Shown: piece after piece, positions 49,221-59,862 of the stretch
Position numbering within the stretch: position 1 is the stretch's first letter
Layout of the letters: each line of letters begins with the position of its first letter
Assembly: GCA_046075565.1 (NCBI GenBank)
Contig: JBJTQJ010000025.1
Location: 1 to 64,000 of the forward strand
From: Verrucomicrobiales bacterium
GTDB taxonomy: Bacteria; Verrucomicrobiota; Verrucomicrobiia; Verrucomicrobiales; SLCJ01
Length of the DNA: 64,000 nt
Direction: 5' to 3'
The notes under the pieces: model-generated
Seen by the model: only the letters and a program-made list of their open reading frames with translations
The model's database searches: none
What the model was told of the DNA's origin: nothing
Program-made: the position numbers and the translations under genes

Positions 49221-49904
49221 ATGAAAGTGGTGGTCTTGGTCAGCGGCGGCATGGATTCGGTCACGGCGCTCTACCGGGCGGCCCGTGAGCATGAGGTCGT
49301 CGCTGGCTTGAGCTTCGATTACGGCTCGAAACACAACCACCGGGAAATTCCCTTCGCCCGCTGGCACTGCGACTCCCTCGGCATCCCGCATCACGGGATC
49401 GACCTCGGTTTCATCGGCGAGACATTTTCCTCCGATCTCCTCCGCTCGGGCGGGGAAATCCCGGACGGCCACTACGCGGAGGAAAACATGAAACGCACCG
49501 TCGTCCCTTTCCGCAATGGCATCATGCTCGCCATCGCGTGTGGTTTTGCCGAAAGCATCGGAGCCGGGGGCCTCGTCATCGCCGCCCACTCCGGCGACCA
49601 CGCCATTTATCCCGATTGCCGGGAGCCGTTCATGGAAGCCATGGCTGCCTCCATGAAACACGGCACCTATGCCGGCGTCGAACTGCTGCGCCCGTTCATC
49701 GCCATGGACAAAACAGGGATAGCACGCGAGGGCGCGACCCTCGGGGTGGACTACTCGCGCACTTGGTCCTGCTACAAAGGCGGGGAAATCCACTGCGGCA
49801 CCTGCGGCACCTGCGTCGAGCGCCGCGAGGCCTTTCTTCTGGCCGGGCTCCCCGACCCGACCACCTATCTCGCCACCCCTCCCTTGCCAAGCGCACCGGG
49901 TTGA
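49221..49904 (+). CDS. queC: 7-cyano-7-deazaguanine synthase
   Basis: SGGMDS, VPFRN, YPDCR and TWSCY...HCGTCGTC. Confidence 0.96.
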   Translation: MKVVVLVSGGMDSVTALYRAAREHEVVAGLSFDYGSKHNHREIPFARWHCDSLGIPHHGIDLGFIGETFSSDLLRSGGEIPDGHYAEENMKRTVVPFRNGIMLAIACGFAESIGAGGLVIAAHSGDHAIYPDCREPFMEAMAASMKHGTYAGVELLRPFIAMDKTGIAREGATLGVDYSRTWSCYKGGEIHCGTCGTCVERREAFLLAGLPDPTTYLATPPLPSAPG

Positions 49905-50049
49905 GACCAGAATCCGGGGTTTCTCGGCACGAAAGGCGGCGATTCGCGCGGTTTCCCGGGAATCTAGAAAAATCCTTTGCAAGCCACGACCGGGCGATGT
50001 ATTCTTTGCGCCCTTCAAATTTCCAGCCCCCAACCGGGAGGACCCCGCC

Positions 50050-50397
50050 ATGAGCGCCATCATCAAGAAAATCGAGCAAGAACAAATCAAATCCGACATC
50101 CCCGAGTTCGATGTCGGCGACACCGTGAAGGTCCACACCCGCGTCAAAGAAGGCAACAAGGAGCGCGTCCAGCTCTTCGCCGGCGTGGTCATTGCCAAGA
50201 AGTCCACCGGCGTGAACCAAGCCTTCACCGTCCGCAAAATTTCCTACGGCGAGGGCGTCGAGCGCTCCTTCCCCGTCCACACCCCGCTCATCGCGAAGAT
50301 CGAAGTCACGGCCAAGGGCAAGGTCCGCCGCGCCCGCCTCCACTACCTCCGCGAACGCGTCGGCAAACAAGCCCTCGCCGTCAAGAGCGCGGACTGA
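50050..50397 (+). CDS. rplS: 50S ribosomal protein L19
   Basis: [20 protein letters not shown] and [10 protein letters not shown]. Confidence 0.98.
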   Translation: MSAIIKKIEQEQIKSDIPEFDVGDTVKVHTRVKEGNKERVQLFAGVVIAKKSTGVNQAFTVRKISYGEGVERSFPVHTPLIAKIEVTAKGKVRRARLHYLRERVGKQALAVKSAD

Positions 50398-50422
50398 GTT
50401 GGCTTCCCAACGAATTTCAAAG

Positions 50423-50455
50423 AACCGGCCCGGGCAACTTGGCCGGTTTTTTGTT
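50423..50455 (+). terminator. Rho-independent terminator of rplS
   Basis: aaccggcc-N10-ggccggtt followed by a T tract. Confidence 0.85.
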
Positions 50456-50485
50456 GCCAAGATGGGGCGATGAGCGCCACCGGCT

Positions 50486-50748
50486 CGATTGAAGATTGCC
50501 GATTTCCTGAAGGCCTTAAAACGCTAAAGAGAAACGTGCGGAAAATCGTCAATCCTCTGTGCGCTGCATGAACTTGCTTCGCTTGGCGACGGCTTCCCCG
50601 TTGGAGTTCGGGCTTCAGCCCGTCGGGGGCTGGCCTTCATTGACGATTGAAGATCGAAGATTTCAGATTTCCTGAAGACCTTGCACCTCCAATCTCCAAT
50701 CTTGAAAGGAAAATCGAACCACAGATCATCAGATGGTCACGGATTTTC
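50486..50748. repeat. Composite dispersed repeat, copy 2 (50598-50748), preceded by a partial 7-nt periodic copy (50486-50553)
   Basis: Blocks ccgttggagttcgggctt.agcccgtcg, tggccttcattgacgattgaagatcgaagatttc, aatcttgaaagga, gaaccacagat and cacggattttc are shared with 11214-11378. Confidence 0.85.
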
Positions 50749-51080
50749 AAAGACTTGCAACATGTGCTTCGCTCATCTGCCGGATGAAAAATCCTTCTCC
50801 CCAAGGTTGGGGACTGATTCAGCTTCAGTGCAACTTCCGGAATTTTCCCTCCATCGAGTGCAGAGTTGCAGTGAATTCCGATGTCAGGGCCCAATACTGG
50901 TCAGGAACTTATCCCGAGATGGGGTCGCCCGATCTTTGGAACTGGGACGTGATCAATCGCCACGCAGGACGTCTTGTAAAACTACTCAGAAAGCTATCCA
51001 AACAAGCCCAGGTTCAAGCGCGAAGTGCAACAGAGTGAAGATTAATTGAAGAGCTGCGACTGCTCGCGCGTAGTCCTGCC

Positions 51081-52562
51081 ATGTTCCGTTTCCTTCTTTT
51101 TCCGGCCGCCTCTTTGCTCCTCGCCCCATTGGTTTTGGCGGATGCTCCCCGCGGCCCAACAACGCCCCCTGCAAAAAAGGCGGAACCCACGGAGGCCAAA
51201 ACCATCGATGACCCGAAACTGCCCCGGGTGCTGGTCATTGGCGATTCCATCAGCATGAACTACCACCAGGCTGCCAAGTCCGCTCTTGCTGGTGTCGCCA
51301 ATTACCATCGCAACGAGGGCAATGCCGCCTCCACCGAAAACGGACTGCGTAACGTGGAGGGCTGGCTCGGGAACTATCAGGAAAAAGGCTCCCGCTGGGA
51401 CGTGATCCAATTCAACCACGGGCTTCACGACCTCAAACAAACTTACGATGCCGCCACCGACACGTGGGGAGAACACTCTATCCCGCTCGCCACCTACAAG
51501 GCGAACATCGAAAAGGAGATCGCCATTCTCAAAAAGACCGGGGCCAAACTCATCTGGTGCTCCACTACGCCGGTTCAGAATGATAACAAAAGCAAGTATG
51601 CCCGCCGGAAAGGGGAGTCGAAGGTTTTCAACGACGCCGCCCTCGAAGTGATGCGCAACCACCCCGAGATCCTCATCACCGATCTCCATCGCGTCGTCGA
51701 TGAATCACCGGTCTTCGACAACTGGCGCACGGCCAAGGATGTCCACTTCTACAAATCGGAGGAACAAAAAGTCCTCGGTGAAGCGGTTGCCGCCGCCATA
51801 CGCAAGGCCCTGGAAAAACCCGCGAAGAATCTCCCGCTGCCCGGCGAAACATTCCTCGTCGATGGCCATACCGCCTTCGTGATCCTGCCGGAGAAACGCG
51901 ATACCTCGAAACCGACGCCGTGGGTTTGGTATGCGCCGACCTTGACGAAACTTCCCGGGCCGGAAGAACGCTGGATTTGCGAGTCGCTGCTCGCCCAAGG
52001 TGTCGCCATCGGTGGCATCGATGTCGGTGAGTCCATGGGCAATCCACAAGGCCGCACGCTCTTCAACGCCTTCCACAAGGAAATGACCGCCAATCGCGGC
52101 ATGTCCGCCAAACCCTGCCTGCTCGCCCGTAGCCGCGGAGGGCTCATGCACTACAACTGGGCGGCGGAAAATCCATCTTCCCTTGCCGCCATCGCCGGCA
52201 TCTACCCGGTCGGCAATCTCGCCAGTTGGCCCGGCTTGGCCCAGGCGAAAGGTGCTTACGGACTCGATGAGGCGGGCCTCGCCGCCGTGCTGGAAAAAAA
52301 CAATCCCATCGACCGCCTCGAACCCCTCGCCAAAGCCGGTATTCCCCTCATGCACATCCACGGAGATAAAGACGGAACCGTTCCGCTGGAGAAAAATTCA
52401 GGCCTCATCAAAGAACGCTACGACAAACTCGGCGGAAAAATGATCCTCGAAGTCATCCCCGGCGGCGGACACGACATGAACCCATCCTGGTTCCGCAACC
52501 AAGGCCTGGTGGTCTTCATGATCGAACAGGCGAAAAAAGGAGCGGACGCGGGAACGCGCTAA
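51081..52562 (+). CDS. Secreted two-domain hydrolase: SGNH/GDSL esterase + alpha/beta hydrolase
   Basis: GDSIS, NHGLHD and DVHF; then ARSRGG, HGDKDGTVP and GGH. Confidence 0.85.
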   Translation: MFRFLLFPAASLLLAPLVLADAPRGPTTPPAKKAEPTEAKTIDDPKLPRVLVIGDSISMNYHQAAKSALAGVANYHRNEGNAASTENGLRNVEGWLGNYQEKGSRWDVIQFNHGLHDLKQTYDAATDTWGEHSIPLATYKANIEKEIAILKKTGAKLIWCSTTPVQNDNKSKYARRKGESKVFNDAALEVMRNHPEILITDLHRVVDESPVFDNWRTAKDVHFYKSEEQKVLGEAVAAAIRKALEKPAKNLPLPGETFLVDGHTAFVILPEKRDTSKPTPWVWYAPTLTKLPGPEERWICESLLAQGVAIGGIDVGESMGNPQGRTLFNAFHKEMTANRGMSAKPCLLARSRGGLMHYNWAAENPSSLAAIAGIYPVGNLASWPGLAQAKGAYGLDEAGLAAVLEKNNPIDRLEPLAKAGIPLMHIHGDKDGTVPLEKNSGLIKERYDKLGGKMILEVIPGGGHDMNPSWFRNQGLVVFMIEQAKKGADAGTR

Positions 52563-52679
52563 CCCGCCGCCAAAGCCCGCACTGTTCCGGGCATGGCTGA
52601 TTCATTTTACGAAAAGCGCACCATCAAACCTACCGGTGGCTTATTCCATCGAAGGCAGTTTCGTTACAATAAGCCCGAC

Positions 52680-52715
52680 TCTTATTCAATCGAAGTTGAC
52701 TTCGATTGAATAAGA
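52680..52715. repeat. Perfect AT-rich palindrome (17 bp arms, 2 nt spacer)
   Basis: tcttattcaatcgaagt-tg-acttcgattgaataaga. Confidence 0.9.
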
Positions 52716-52817
52716 TGAAGGTCTATGCTCTTGAAACACCCTTCAGGGAAGTTCGAAGACCAGTTTCCCAATTTCCTGATCCTGGGTTTCGGCCAAGCAA
52801 AGCCGGGCACGTGCTCC

Positions 52818-53210
52818 TCACCACAAAACGCGCTGTCCGTATTCCGATGCCGACCAATGGGGATCATTCGTGACAGCGACCAGCTTCTCCGTCCGGCATT
52901 GGCTGATCAGCAGGCGATCGAAAGGATCGCCGTGCACCTTGGGAAGAGCAAAGACCCCGGCCGCATGGCGGTAATTCACGTCGAGCAGGATAAAGCCCTC
53001 GCGTTCCAGCCGCTGCTCCAAGCCATTTTCGAATTCCTCCGGTGCCTTTAGCTTGCCCAATCCGGCCTTGATCGCGATCTCCCAGATACTGACGACGCTC
53101 ACGAACACCTCGTTGGCCGGATCCTCAATGGCCGAGGCGGCGGTCTCCGAGAGGTCAGCGTCATCCCGCAAAAACCAAAGCAGAGCACAGGTATCGACCA
53201 GAAGTCTCAT
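52818..53210 (-). CDS. vapC: VapC PIN-domain toxin
   Basis: LLVDTCALLW, SIWEIAIK, HGDPFDRLL and TND. Confidence 0.93.
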   Translation of the reverse strand: MRLLVDTCALLWFLRDDADLSETAASAIEDPANEVFVSVVSIWEIAIKAGLGKLKAPEEFENGLEQRLEREGFILLDVNYRHAAGVFALPKVHGDPFDRLLISQCRTEKLVAVTNDPHWSASEYGQRVLW

Positions 53211-53434
53211 TGATAGTCGGCGAAGTCCGCCAGTGGCTCGTTGAAATCCTTGGGAACCGGCCCAAAGGCGTGCTTCATCATCCCGCGCTTGCGTTGTTTG
53301 CCCGCGGGCGGACAAGGCCGCAACTCGGCCATGCGCTGGCCGTTGCGGGTGATCACAAAAACCTCCCCCGCCGCAGCTTCCCGCAGGATCTCGGAGAATT
53401 TGGACTTGGCCTCGTAGGCGGCGATCAATTTCAT
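53207..53434 (-). CDS. Phd/YefM-family antitoxin
   Basis: EAKSKFSEILREAAAGEVFVITRNG; overlaps the vapC start (ATGA). Confidence 0.93.
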   Translation of the reverse strand: MKLIAAYEAKSKFSEILREAAAGEVFVITRNGQRMAELRPCPPAGKQRKRGMMKHAFGPVPKDFNEPLADFADYQ

Positions 53435-53440
53435 GGATAA

Positions 53441-53469
53441 AACATATATCGACCGGTCTGACCGGTCAA
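53441..53469 (-). promoter_or_regulatory. Leaderless promoter with a tandem palindromic operator
   Basis: TTGACC-N17-TATGTT-N6-ATG; GACCGGTC occurs twice (53451-53458, 53460-53467). Confidence 0.75.
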
Positions 53470-53578
53470 CAAGAGATCCTCACACGTTTGGGTATTTGGC
53501 TTGCCCTTCGTAGCCTTGGCGAAGTAGGGGTATTTCGTCGTTCGTCATTTTCCGCCTCCCGGCGAGGACCGGTCGGGC

Positions 53579-53611
53579 TTGCAAATTTTTCATATCATCA
53601 TATCTTGATGC
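53579..53611 (+). promoter_or_regulatory. metH promoter with an imperfect 20 bp palindromic operator
   Basis: TTGCAA-N16-TATCTT overlapped by atatcatc-atat-cttgatgc (53592-53611). Confidence 0.5.
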
Positions 53612-53615
53612 GTTT

Positions 53616-56600
53616 ATGTATGGTTTTCAAAATCTCTCCCCGGTCGAACAGGAGCTCCGCGCCGAGCTGGCGCGGCGGGTGGTCATGCTCGATGGGGCCA
53701 TGGGCACGACGATCCGGGGTTACGGGCTGGATGAGGCGGCGGCGCGGGGCAAAAGGTTTGCCGACGCACCCAAGGATCTCCTGAACAACGGGGATATCCT
53801 CTCGTTGACGCGCCCGGACGTCATCGGCGACATCCACCGGCGGTTCGTCGAGGCCGGTTCGGATATCATCGAGACGAACACCTTCTCCGCCACGGCTATT
53901 GCCCAGAGCGAGTTTTTCATCGAAGACCCGCGCGAACACGGCGGGCGCAAGGACCCGGAATTTTTCCAAAAAATCCTCGAAAATCCCTTCCTGCGGGATC
54001 TGGCCTGGGAGATGAATTACGAGTCGGTCCGCCTTGCCAAGAAGCAGACGGAAGAGGTAGGAAACAGAACCGGGCGCAAGCGGTACGTGGCCGGGGCCAT
54101 TGGGCCGCTCACGGTTTCCTTGTCGGTTTCTCCGGACGCAAATGATGCCGGCTTCCGCGTGGTAACTTTTGATCAAGTGAAAGAGGACTACCGCCGCCAG
54201 GCCGAGGCGATGGTGGCGGCGGGTGTGGATATCCTGATGGTCGAGACGATTTTCGATTCGCTCAATGCACGGGCCGCCTTGGTGGCGATTCAGGAAATGT
54301 TCGAGTCGAAGGCCTGGGGAAATCGCCCGCGCATTCCGGTGATTGTTTCGGCGGCGGTCGGACGCGGCGGCGAAACGATGATCTCCGCGCAGACGAGCAC
54401 GGCCTTTGCCACGGCGGTCTCGCATATCAATCCATTGGCCATCGGTCTCAACTGCTCCCTCGGTCCCGATTTGATGCGTCCGTTCCTGGAAGAACTGCGC
54501 GCCAGCGCCGGGACATTCGTTTCCTGTTATCCAAATGCCGGGTTGCCAAATCCGCTATCGCCGACGGGTTTCGATCTCTTGCCGGAGGACATGGGAAATT
54601 GGCTGCGTGATTTCGCGAGTGAAGGTCTCATCAACCTCGCGGGCGGATGCTGCGGTAACACGCCCGAGCACGTGGCCGCCATTGCCAAGGCCGTATCGGA
54701 GATCGAACCGTCGGCCCCGCCGCGACTGCCAAATGCCCTGCGTCTTTCCGGATCGCAGCCCTATGATCACACGGAGGAGAAACGCTTCCTCGTCATCGGC
54801 GAACGCACGAACGTGGCCGGATCGCCGCAGTTCGCGAAGTTGGTGCGCGCCGGCGACCTTGAGGCCGCCTTGACCGTGGCGCGTCAGCAAGTGGAGAATG
54901 GCGCGAACGTGATCGACATCTGTTTCGACGACGGACTCATCGACGGCATGGCCATGATGAGCCGCTTCCTGCAATTGATCCAATCCGAACCGGACATCAA
55001 CAAGGTGCCCATCATGGTGGACTCCTCGAAATGGGAGATCCTCGAGACCGGCCTGAAATTCCTGCAAGGCAAAGGCATCGTGAATTCGATCTCGCTCAAG
55101 GAAGGCGAGGAGAAATTCCGCGAACAAGCCGGCATCATCAAACGCTACGGGGCCGCCACCGTGGTCATGGCTTTCGACGAGAACGGCCAGGCCGCGACCT
55201 ACGAGGACAAAATCCGCATCTGCGAACGTGCTTACCGCATCCTCGTGGACGAAGTGGGCTTCAACCCGGACGACATCATCTTCGATCCGAACATCCTCAC
55301 CGTCGCGACGGGCATGGAGGAGCATAACAACTACGCGGTGGACTTCATCAATGCCACGCGCTGGATCAAAGAGAACCTGCCCGGCGCTAGAGTTTCCGGT
55401 GGCGTCTCGAATATTTCCTTCTCCTTCCGTGGCAACAACGTGGTCCGCGAAGCCATGCATTCGGCCTTCCTTTACCACGCCGGCAAGGCCGGTATGGACA
55501 TGGGCATCGTGAATGCCGGCATGCTGGAGGTTTACGATGAAATTCCACCGGCCTTGCTGGAGCATGTCGAAGACGTGGTGCTCAACCGGCGCTCCGACGC
55601 GACCGAGCGCCTGCTCGAATTCGCCGAACAATTCAAAGGCCAGGGCGGCAAGAAAACCGAAGAAGATCTTTCTTGGCGCGAGGACCCGGTCGAGAAACGC
55701 CTCGAACACGCCTTGCTCAAGGGCGTGGATCGTTTCATCGAGGAAGACACGCGCGAGGCACTCGAAAAATATGGCAAGCCGCTCAAGGTCATCGAAGGAC
55801 CGCTCATGGATGGCATGGGCATCGTCGGGGATCTTTTCGGGGAAGGAAAAATGTTCCTGCCCCAGGTGGTGAAGTCGGCGCGCGTGATGAAGAAGTCGGT
55901 GGCCTGGTTGGAGCCGTATATGGAAGCCGAGAAAAAGGCGAATCCGAACCAACGCTCGGCCGGCAAATTTCTCATCGCCACGGTAAAGGGCGACGTGCAC
56001 GATATCGGCAAAAACATTGTCGGAGTCGTGCTCGCCTGCAACGGCTTCGAGGTGCGCGATTTGGGTGTCATGGTTTCCTGCGACAAGATCCTCGCGGCGG
56101 CCCGGGAAATGGGCGCCGATGTGATCGGTCTGTCGGGATTGATCACGCCGTCCCTTGATGAGATGACCCATGTGGCCAAGGAGATGGAGAAGCAGGGCTT
56201 CAAAGTCCCGTTGCTCATCGGTGGCGCCACCACTTCCGCCGCCCACACCGCCATCAAAATCGCGCCGCATTACTCCGGCCCCGTCGTGCATGTGCTCGAT
56301 GCCTCGCGTTCCGTTCCCGTGACCACCTCCTTGCTGTCGCACGAGCAGCAGGAGAAATTTGTCCGCGAGAATGAGGAACGCCATTCCACCTTGCGCGCGC
56401 GCCACGCCGCCAAGGACAAGCCGGTCGTCGGTCTCGAGGCCGCACGGGCCAACGCGCCCGCGCCTTCGGATGTCGAGCCAGCCGTGCCCTCCTTCCTTGG
56501 CACCCGCGTTTTCACGAGCCAACCCGGAGCCGAGAACCTTGCCCATGCCGATGCCTCCATCGAATCCGCTGCCACGGGGGCCATTTCCGTTTCGCTGGCC

Positions 56601-57473
56601 GAATTGTGTGAATACATCGATTGGACGCCCTTTTTCCACACCTGGGAATTGCGGGGCGTCTGGTTGCGCCAGGAAAAGCGCTTCAAGACATCGAATCCCG
56701 AAGCCGCGGAGCAAGCGCACAAGCTGCATGCGGATGCGCTCGTCATGCTCGACCACATCGTGAAGGAAAACCTTTTTACCGCGCGCGGAACCTGCGGGTT
56801 CTGGCCGGCCAACCGCGATGGTGATGATATCGCGGTCTGGAGAGATGAATCGCGCAAGTCGCACACCGCGACCTTCCACACCTTGCGCCAGCAGATCCAG
56901 AAAGAGACCGGCAAACCGAATGTCGCCCTCGCCGACTGGATCGCGCCGCTGGACTCGCCCCATCCGCTCGATTACATCGGTGCGTTTGTCGTGGGTATCC
57001 ACGGCGGCGACGAACTGGCTGCCGAATACGACAAACAGAATGACCCCTATTCGAGCATCATGGCCAAGGCCCTGGCCGATCGTCTGGCCGAAGCCTTCGC
57101 CGAACTTCTCCATCACCGCGGGCGCGTGGCCTGGGGCTACGAGCAACCGGATCAGTTTGGCCATGATGAGCTGATCAAGGAAAACTACCGCGGTATCCGC
57201 CCCGCACCGGGCTACCCGGCCCAGCCGGACCACACCGAAAAAGAAACCCTTTTCCGCTTGCTCGATGCGCCCGCCGCGACCGGTGTAACCCTCACCGAAT
57301 CCATGGCCATGCATCCGGGTGCCGCCGTCTGCGGTCTTTGGATCTCCCATCCCGACAGCCACTACTTCATGATCTCCGATTTGCAAAAGGACCAACTCGA
57401 AGACTACGCCTACCGCAAAGGCCATGGAGTCGAAACCATGGAGAAATGGCTCGGCCCTTGGCTGGGGTATTGA
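53616..57473 (+). CDS. metH: Cobalamin-dependent methionine synthase
   Basis: LDGAMGT, GGCCG, IGERTNV, DVHDIG B12 motif and RPAPGYP. Confidence 0.98.
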   Translation: MYGFQNLSPVEQELRAELARRVVMLDGAMGTTIRGYGLDEAAARGKRFADAPKDLLNNGDILSLTRPDVIGDIHRRFVEAGSDIIETNTFSATAIAQSEFFIEDPREHGGRKDPEFFQKILENPFLRDLAWEMNYESVRLAKKQTEEVGNRTGRKRYVAGAIGPLTVSLSVSPDANDAGFRVVTFDQVKEDYRRQAEAMVAAGVDILMVETIFDSLNARAALVAIQEMFESKAWGNRPRIPVIVSAAVGRGGETMISAQTSTAFATAVSHINPLAIGLNCSLGPDLMRPFLEELRASAGTFVSCYPNAGLPNPLSPTGFDLLPEDMGNWLRDFASEGLINLAGGCCGNTPEHVAAIAKAVSEIEPSAPPRLPNALRLSGSQPYDHTEEKRFLVIGERTNVAGSPQFAKLVRAGDLEAALTVARQQVENGANVIDICFDDGLIDGMAMMSRFLQLIQSEPDINKVPIMVDSSKWEILETGLKFLQGKGIVNSISLKEGEEKFREQAGIIKRYGAATVVMAFDENGQAATYEDKIRICERAYRILVDEVGFNPDDIIFDPNILTVATGMEEHNNYAVDFINATRWIKENLPGARVSGGVSNISFSFRGNNVVREAMHSAFLYHAGKAGMDMGIVNAGMLEVYDEIPPALLEHVEDVVLNRRSDATERLLEFAEQFKGQGGKKTEEDLSWREDPVEKRLEHALLKGVDRFIEEDTREALEKYGKPLKVIEGPLMDGMGIVGDLFGEGKMFLPQVVKSARVMKKSVAWLEPYMEAEKKANPNQRSAGKFLIATVKGDVHDIGKNIVGVVLACNGFEVRDLGVMVSCDKILAAAREMGADVIGLSGLITPSLDEMTHVAKEMEKQGFKVPLLIGGATTSAAHTAIKIAPHYSGPVVHVLDASRSVPVTTSLLSHEQQEKFVRENEERHSTLRARHAAKDKPVVGLEAARANAPAPSDVEPAVPSFLGTRVFTSQPGAENLAHADASIESAATGAISVSLAELCEYIDWTPFFHTWELRGVWLRQEKRFKTSNPEAAEQAHKLHADALVMLDHIVKENLFTARGTCGFWPANRDGDDIAVWRDESRKSHTATFHTLRQQIQKETGKPNVALADWIAPLDSPHPLDYIGAFVVGIHGGDELAAEYDKQNDPYSSIMAKALADRLAEAFAELLHHRGRVAWGYEQPDQFGHDELIKENYRGIRPAPGYPAQPDHTEKETLFRLLDAPAATGVTLTESMAMHPGAAVCGLWISHPDSHYFMISDLQKDQLEDYAYRKGHGVETMEKWLGPWLGY

Positions 57474-57534
57474 CCTGAGGTGGCCCGCCTAACTTGGCAT
57501 TCTACACAGCCCGGATTGATTTGTCCCCGAAAGC

Positions 57535-58038
57535 ATGGAAGGAGTTCGTCTGAACCCGGCCATGTTTGTCGTTCAATCCATCGATCCCGATTCGCCGGCC
57601 TACCGACTGGAGTGTGATCTGCGCCAGCGCGTTCTGCGTGGGCCGCTCGGTCTCGATCTCTTCGATGAGGATCTGGCCGTCGAACGAGAACAATTCCATC
57701 ACGGTCTCTTTGAGGGCGAAAGGTTGATCGGCTGCGCGATCGCCGTCCGCCTGACGCCGGAGGAAATCAAGATCCGCCAAATGGCGGTGGATCCCGACTA
57801 TCAAGGCCGGGGATGCGGGCGCCAGTTGTTGGATGAGGTCATGGCCATCTGGAAAGACCGTGGCATCCGCCTCGTCTCCCTCAATGCCCGCTTGTCCGTA
57901 GCACGATTCTATGAGCGACTCGGCTTCTCACGCACCGGAGCCGAGTTCACCGAGGTCGGTCTTCCCCATGTGAAAATGATCAAGCAATTGCACGGAATTA
58001 CGCTTGCCGGGCCGCGGGGAATCGGACATGATTCTTGA
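57535..58038 (+). CDS. GNAT-family N-acetyltransferase
   Basis: IRQMAVDPDYQGRGCG, LNAR and FYERLGF. Confidence 0.9.
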   Translation: MEGVRLNPAMFVVQSIDPDSPAYRLECDLRQRVLRGPLGLDLFDEDLAVEREQFHHGLFEGERLIGCAIAVRLTPEEIKIRQMAVDPDYQGRGCGRQLLDEVMAIWKDRGIRLVSLNARLSVARFYERLGFSRTGAEFTEVGLPHVKMIKQLHGITLAGPRGIGHDS

Positions 58039-58151
58039 GGCAAATGGGGAGTGGTCCTTTCAGGCAAGCTGCGAACCCCGGGACATGCCGTGTCAGAAAG
58101 GGAAGCCCAATCCGGCCGCCCGGCCTGACCATCACCAATCACGCTAACACC

Positions 58152-59579
58152 ATGAAACACCAACTCCGCGTCGGACTCTTCGGCATCGGCCTCGACACCT
58201 ATTGGCCGCAATTCAAAGGCCTCAAAACCCGCCTTGAACGTTACGTGCAGGAAGTGAAGAAAAAACTCGACCGGCCGGGAGTGGAGGTGGTGAATCTGGG
58301 GCTGATCGACAATCCCGTGCGGGCGCTCGAAGCAGGTCACGAGTTCCGCGCCGCCGATGTCGATCTCATTTTCCTGCATGTCACGACCTATGCGCTTTCC
58401 TCGACCGTTCTCCCGGTCGTGCAGCGGGCGAAAGTCCCGGTGGTGATCCTGAACCTTGCTCCCGAAGCGGCCATCGATTACGAAAAGTTCAATGCCATGG
58501 GCGACCGAACCGCCATGACCGGCGAGTGGCTCGCCCATTGTGCCGCTTGTCCCGTGCCGGAAATCGCCAATGTCTTCAAACGCGCGGGCATTGATTTCCA
58601 CCAGATCACCGGAATGTTGCACGACGACCCGGTTTGCTGGAACGAAGTGGATGCGTGGATGGAAGCAGCCCGCGTCGCCAACACGATGTTCCACAACCGC
58701 CTCGGTTTGATGGGCCATTACTATTGCGGAATGCTCGACATTTACTCCGACACGACCCTGCAATGCGCCACCTTCGGCGGGCATCTGGAAATCCTCGAGG
58801 TGGACGAACTCTCCGCCTTGCGCCGCAGCGTGACCGCGAAGCAGATCAAAGATCGGGTGAACCATTTCCGCAAGGCCTTCGCCGTGCAGAAGGATTGCCC
58901 GCAGCCGGAACTCGAGCGCGCGGCCCGCACGTCCGTTGCCCTCGACTGTTTGGTGAAGATCCACGACCTCGGCTCGATTGCTTATTTCTACAACGGCACG
59001 GGCAACGCGGAGAACGAAGACGCCATCAGCTCGATCATCCTCGGGAACTCTCTGCTCACCGCCCGCGGCATCCCCGTCGCAGGCGAATACGAGGTGAAGA
59101 ATGCACAGGCGATGAAAATCATGGACAGTTTCGGCGTCGGCGGGTCCTTCACCGAATACTACGCGATGGACTTCAAGGAAGACGTCGTGCTCATGGGACA
59201 CGACGGGCCGGGCCATATCGCCATCGCGCAAGGCAAACCCAAAGTGCGCCCCCTGCAGGTTTACCACGGCAAGGTAGGACGCGGACTCTCGGTCGAAATG
59301 TCAGTGAAACACGGGCCGGTGACGCTGCTTTCGGTGGTCGAAACCACCCACGGCAAACTCAAGCTGGTGGTGGCGGAAGGAGAATCGGTGCCCGGTGCCA
59401 TTTTGGAAATTGGCAACACCAACAGCCGGTACCGTTTCCCCATCGGGGCGCGGAAATTCGTCACCGATTGGAACGCGAACGGCCCGGCCCACCACTGTGC
59501 GGTCGGCGTTGGTCACATTGCCCACAAGATCGACAAATTAGGCAAACTACTCGGCGTCGAGGTGACAAGGGTTTGCTAG
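58152..59579 (+). CDS. L-fucose/L-arabinose isomerase family protein
   Basis: PVAGEYE, SFTE, MGHDGP and GPAHHCA. Confidence 0.85.
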   Translation: MKHQLRVGLFGIGLDTYWPQFKGLKTRLERYVQEVKKKLDRPGVEVVNLGLIDNPVRALEAGHEFRAADVDLIFLHVTTYALSSTVLPVVQRAKVPVVILNLAPEAAIDYEKFNAMGDRTAMTGEWLAHCAACPVPEIANVFKRAGIDFHQITGMLHDDPVCWNEVDAWMEAARVANTMFHNRLGLMGHYYCGMLDIYSDTTLQCATFGGHLEILEVDELSALRRSVTAKQIKDRVNHFRKAFAVQKDCPQPELERAARTSVALDCLVKIHDLGSIAYFYNGTGNAENEDAISSIILGNSLLTARGIPVAGEYEVKNAQAMKIMDSFGVGGSFTEYYAMDFKEDVVLMGHDGPGHIAIAQGKPKVRPLQVYHGKVGRGLSVEMSVKHGPVTLLSVVETTHGKLKLVVAEGESVPGAILEIGNTNSRYRFPIGARKFVTDWNANGPAHHCAVGVGHIAHKIDKLGKLLGVEVTRVC

Positions 59580-59848
59580 CCCGCGCTCAAGGCCGATTTC
59601 GCCTGTTTCCTGCTCTGCCACCACCCTAACAAGAGAAATACACCGCCGACGGAGGTGAATCCGGCCGGGAACTCGATGCCGGGCACGAAGCGTTTCTCTT
59701 TCACAACGTAAGGAATCTCCGTGATTTCGTCGATCTTCTCGACGTGCACCACGGTCTTGGTCCAGCCCCGGTTGGCTCCCTTGGAATACCACCAGGACCA
59801 TCCGGTGAGGAGGATGATGGAACCAAGGAGAAGCCAGACCGAGCGCAT
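59576..59848 (-). CDS. Small two-TM hypothetical membrane protein
   Basis: 90 aa with two hydrophobic segments; follows yceI on the same strand. Confidence 0.65.
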   Translation of the reverse strand: MRSVWLLLGSIILLTGWSWWYSKGANRGWTKTVVHVEKIDEITEIPYVVKEKRFVPGIEFPAGFTSVGGVFLLLGWWQSRKQAKSALSAG

Positions 59849-59862
59849 GGGAGTAAACGGGT

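Noticed and set aside
50733-51049. ORFs of 101-122 aa between the repeat and the SGNH hydrolase
   Set aside because: Atypical composition, overlap with the repeat element and no recognisable domain.
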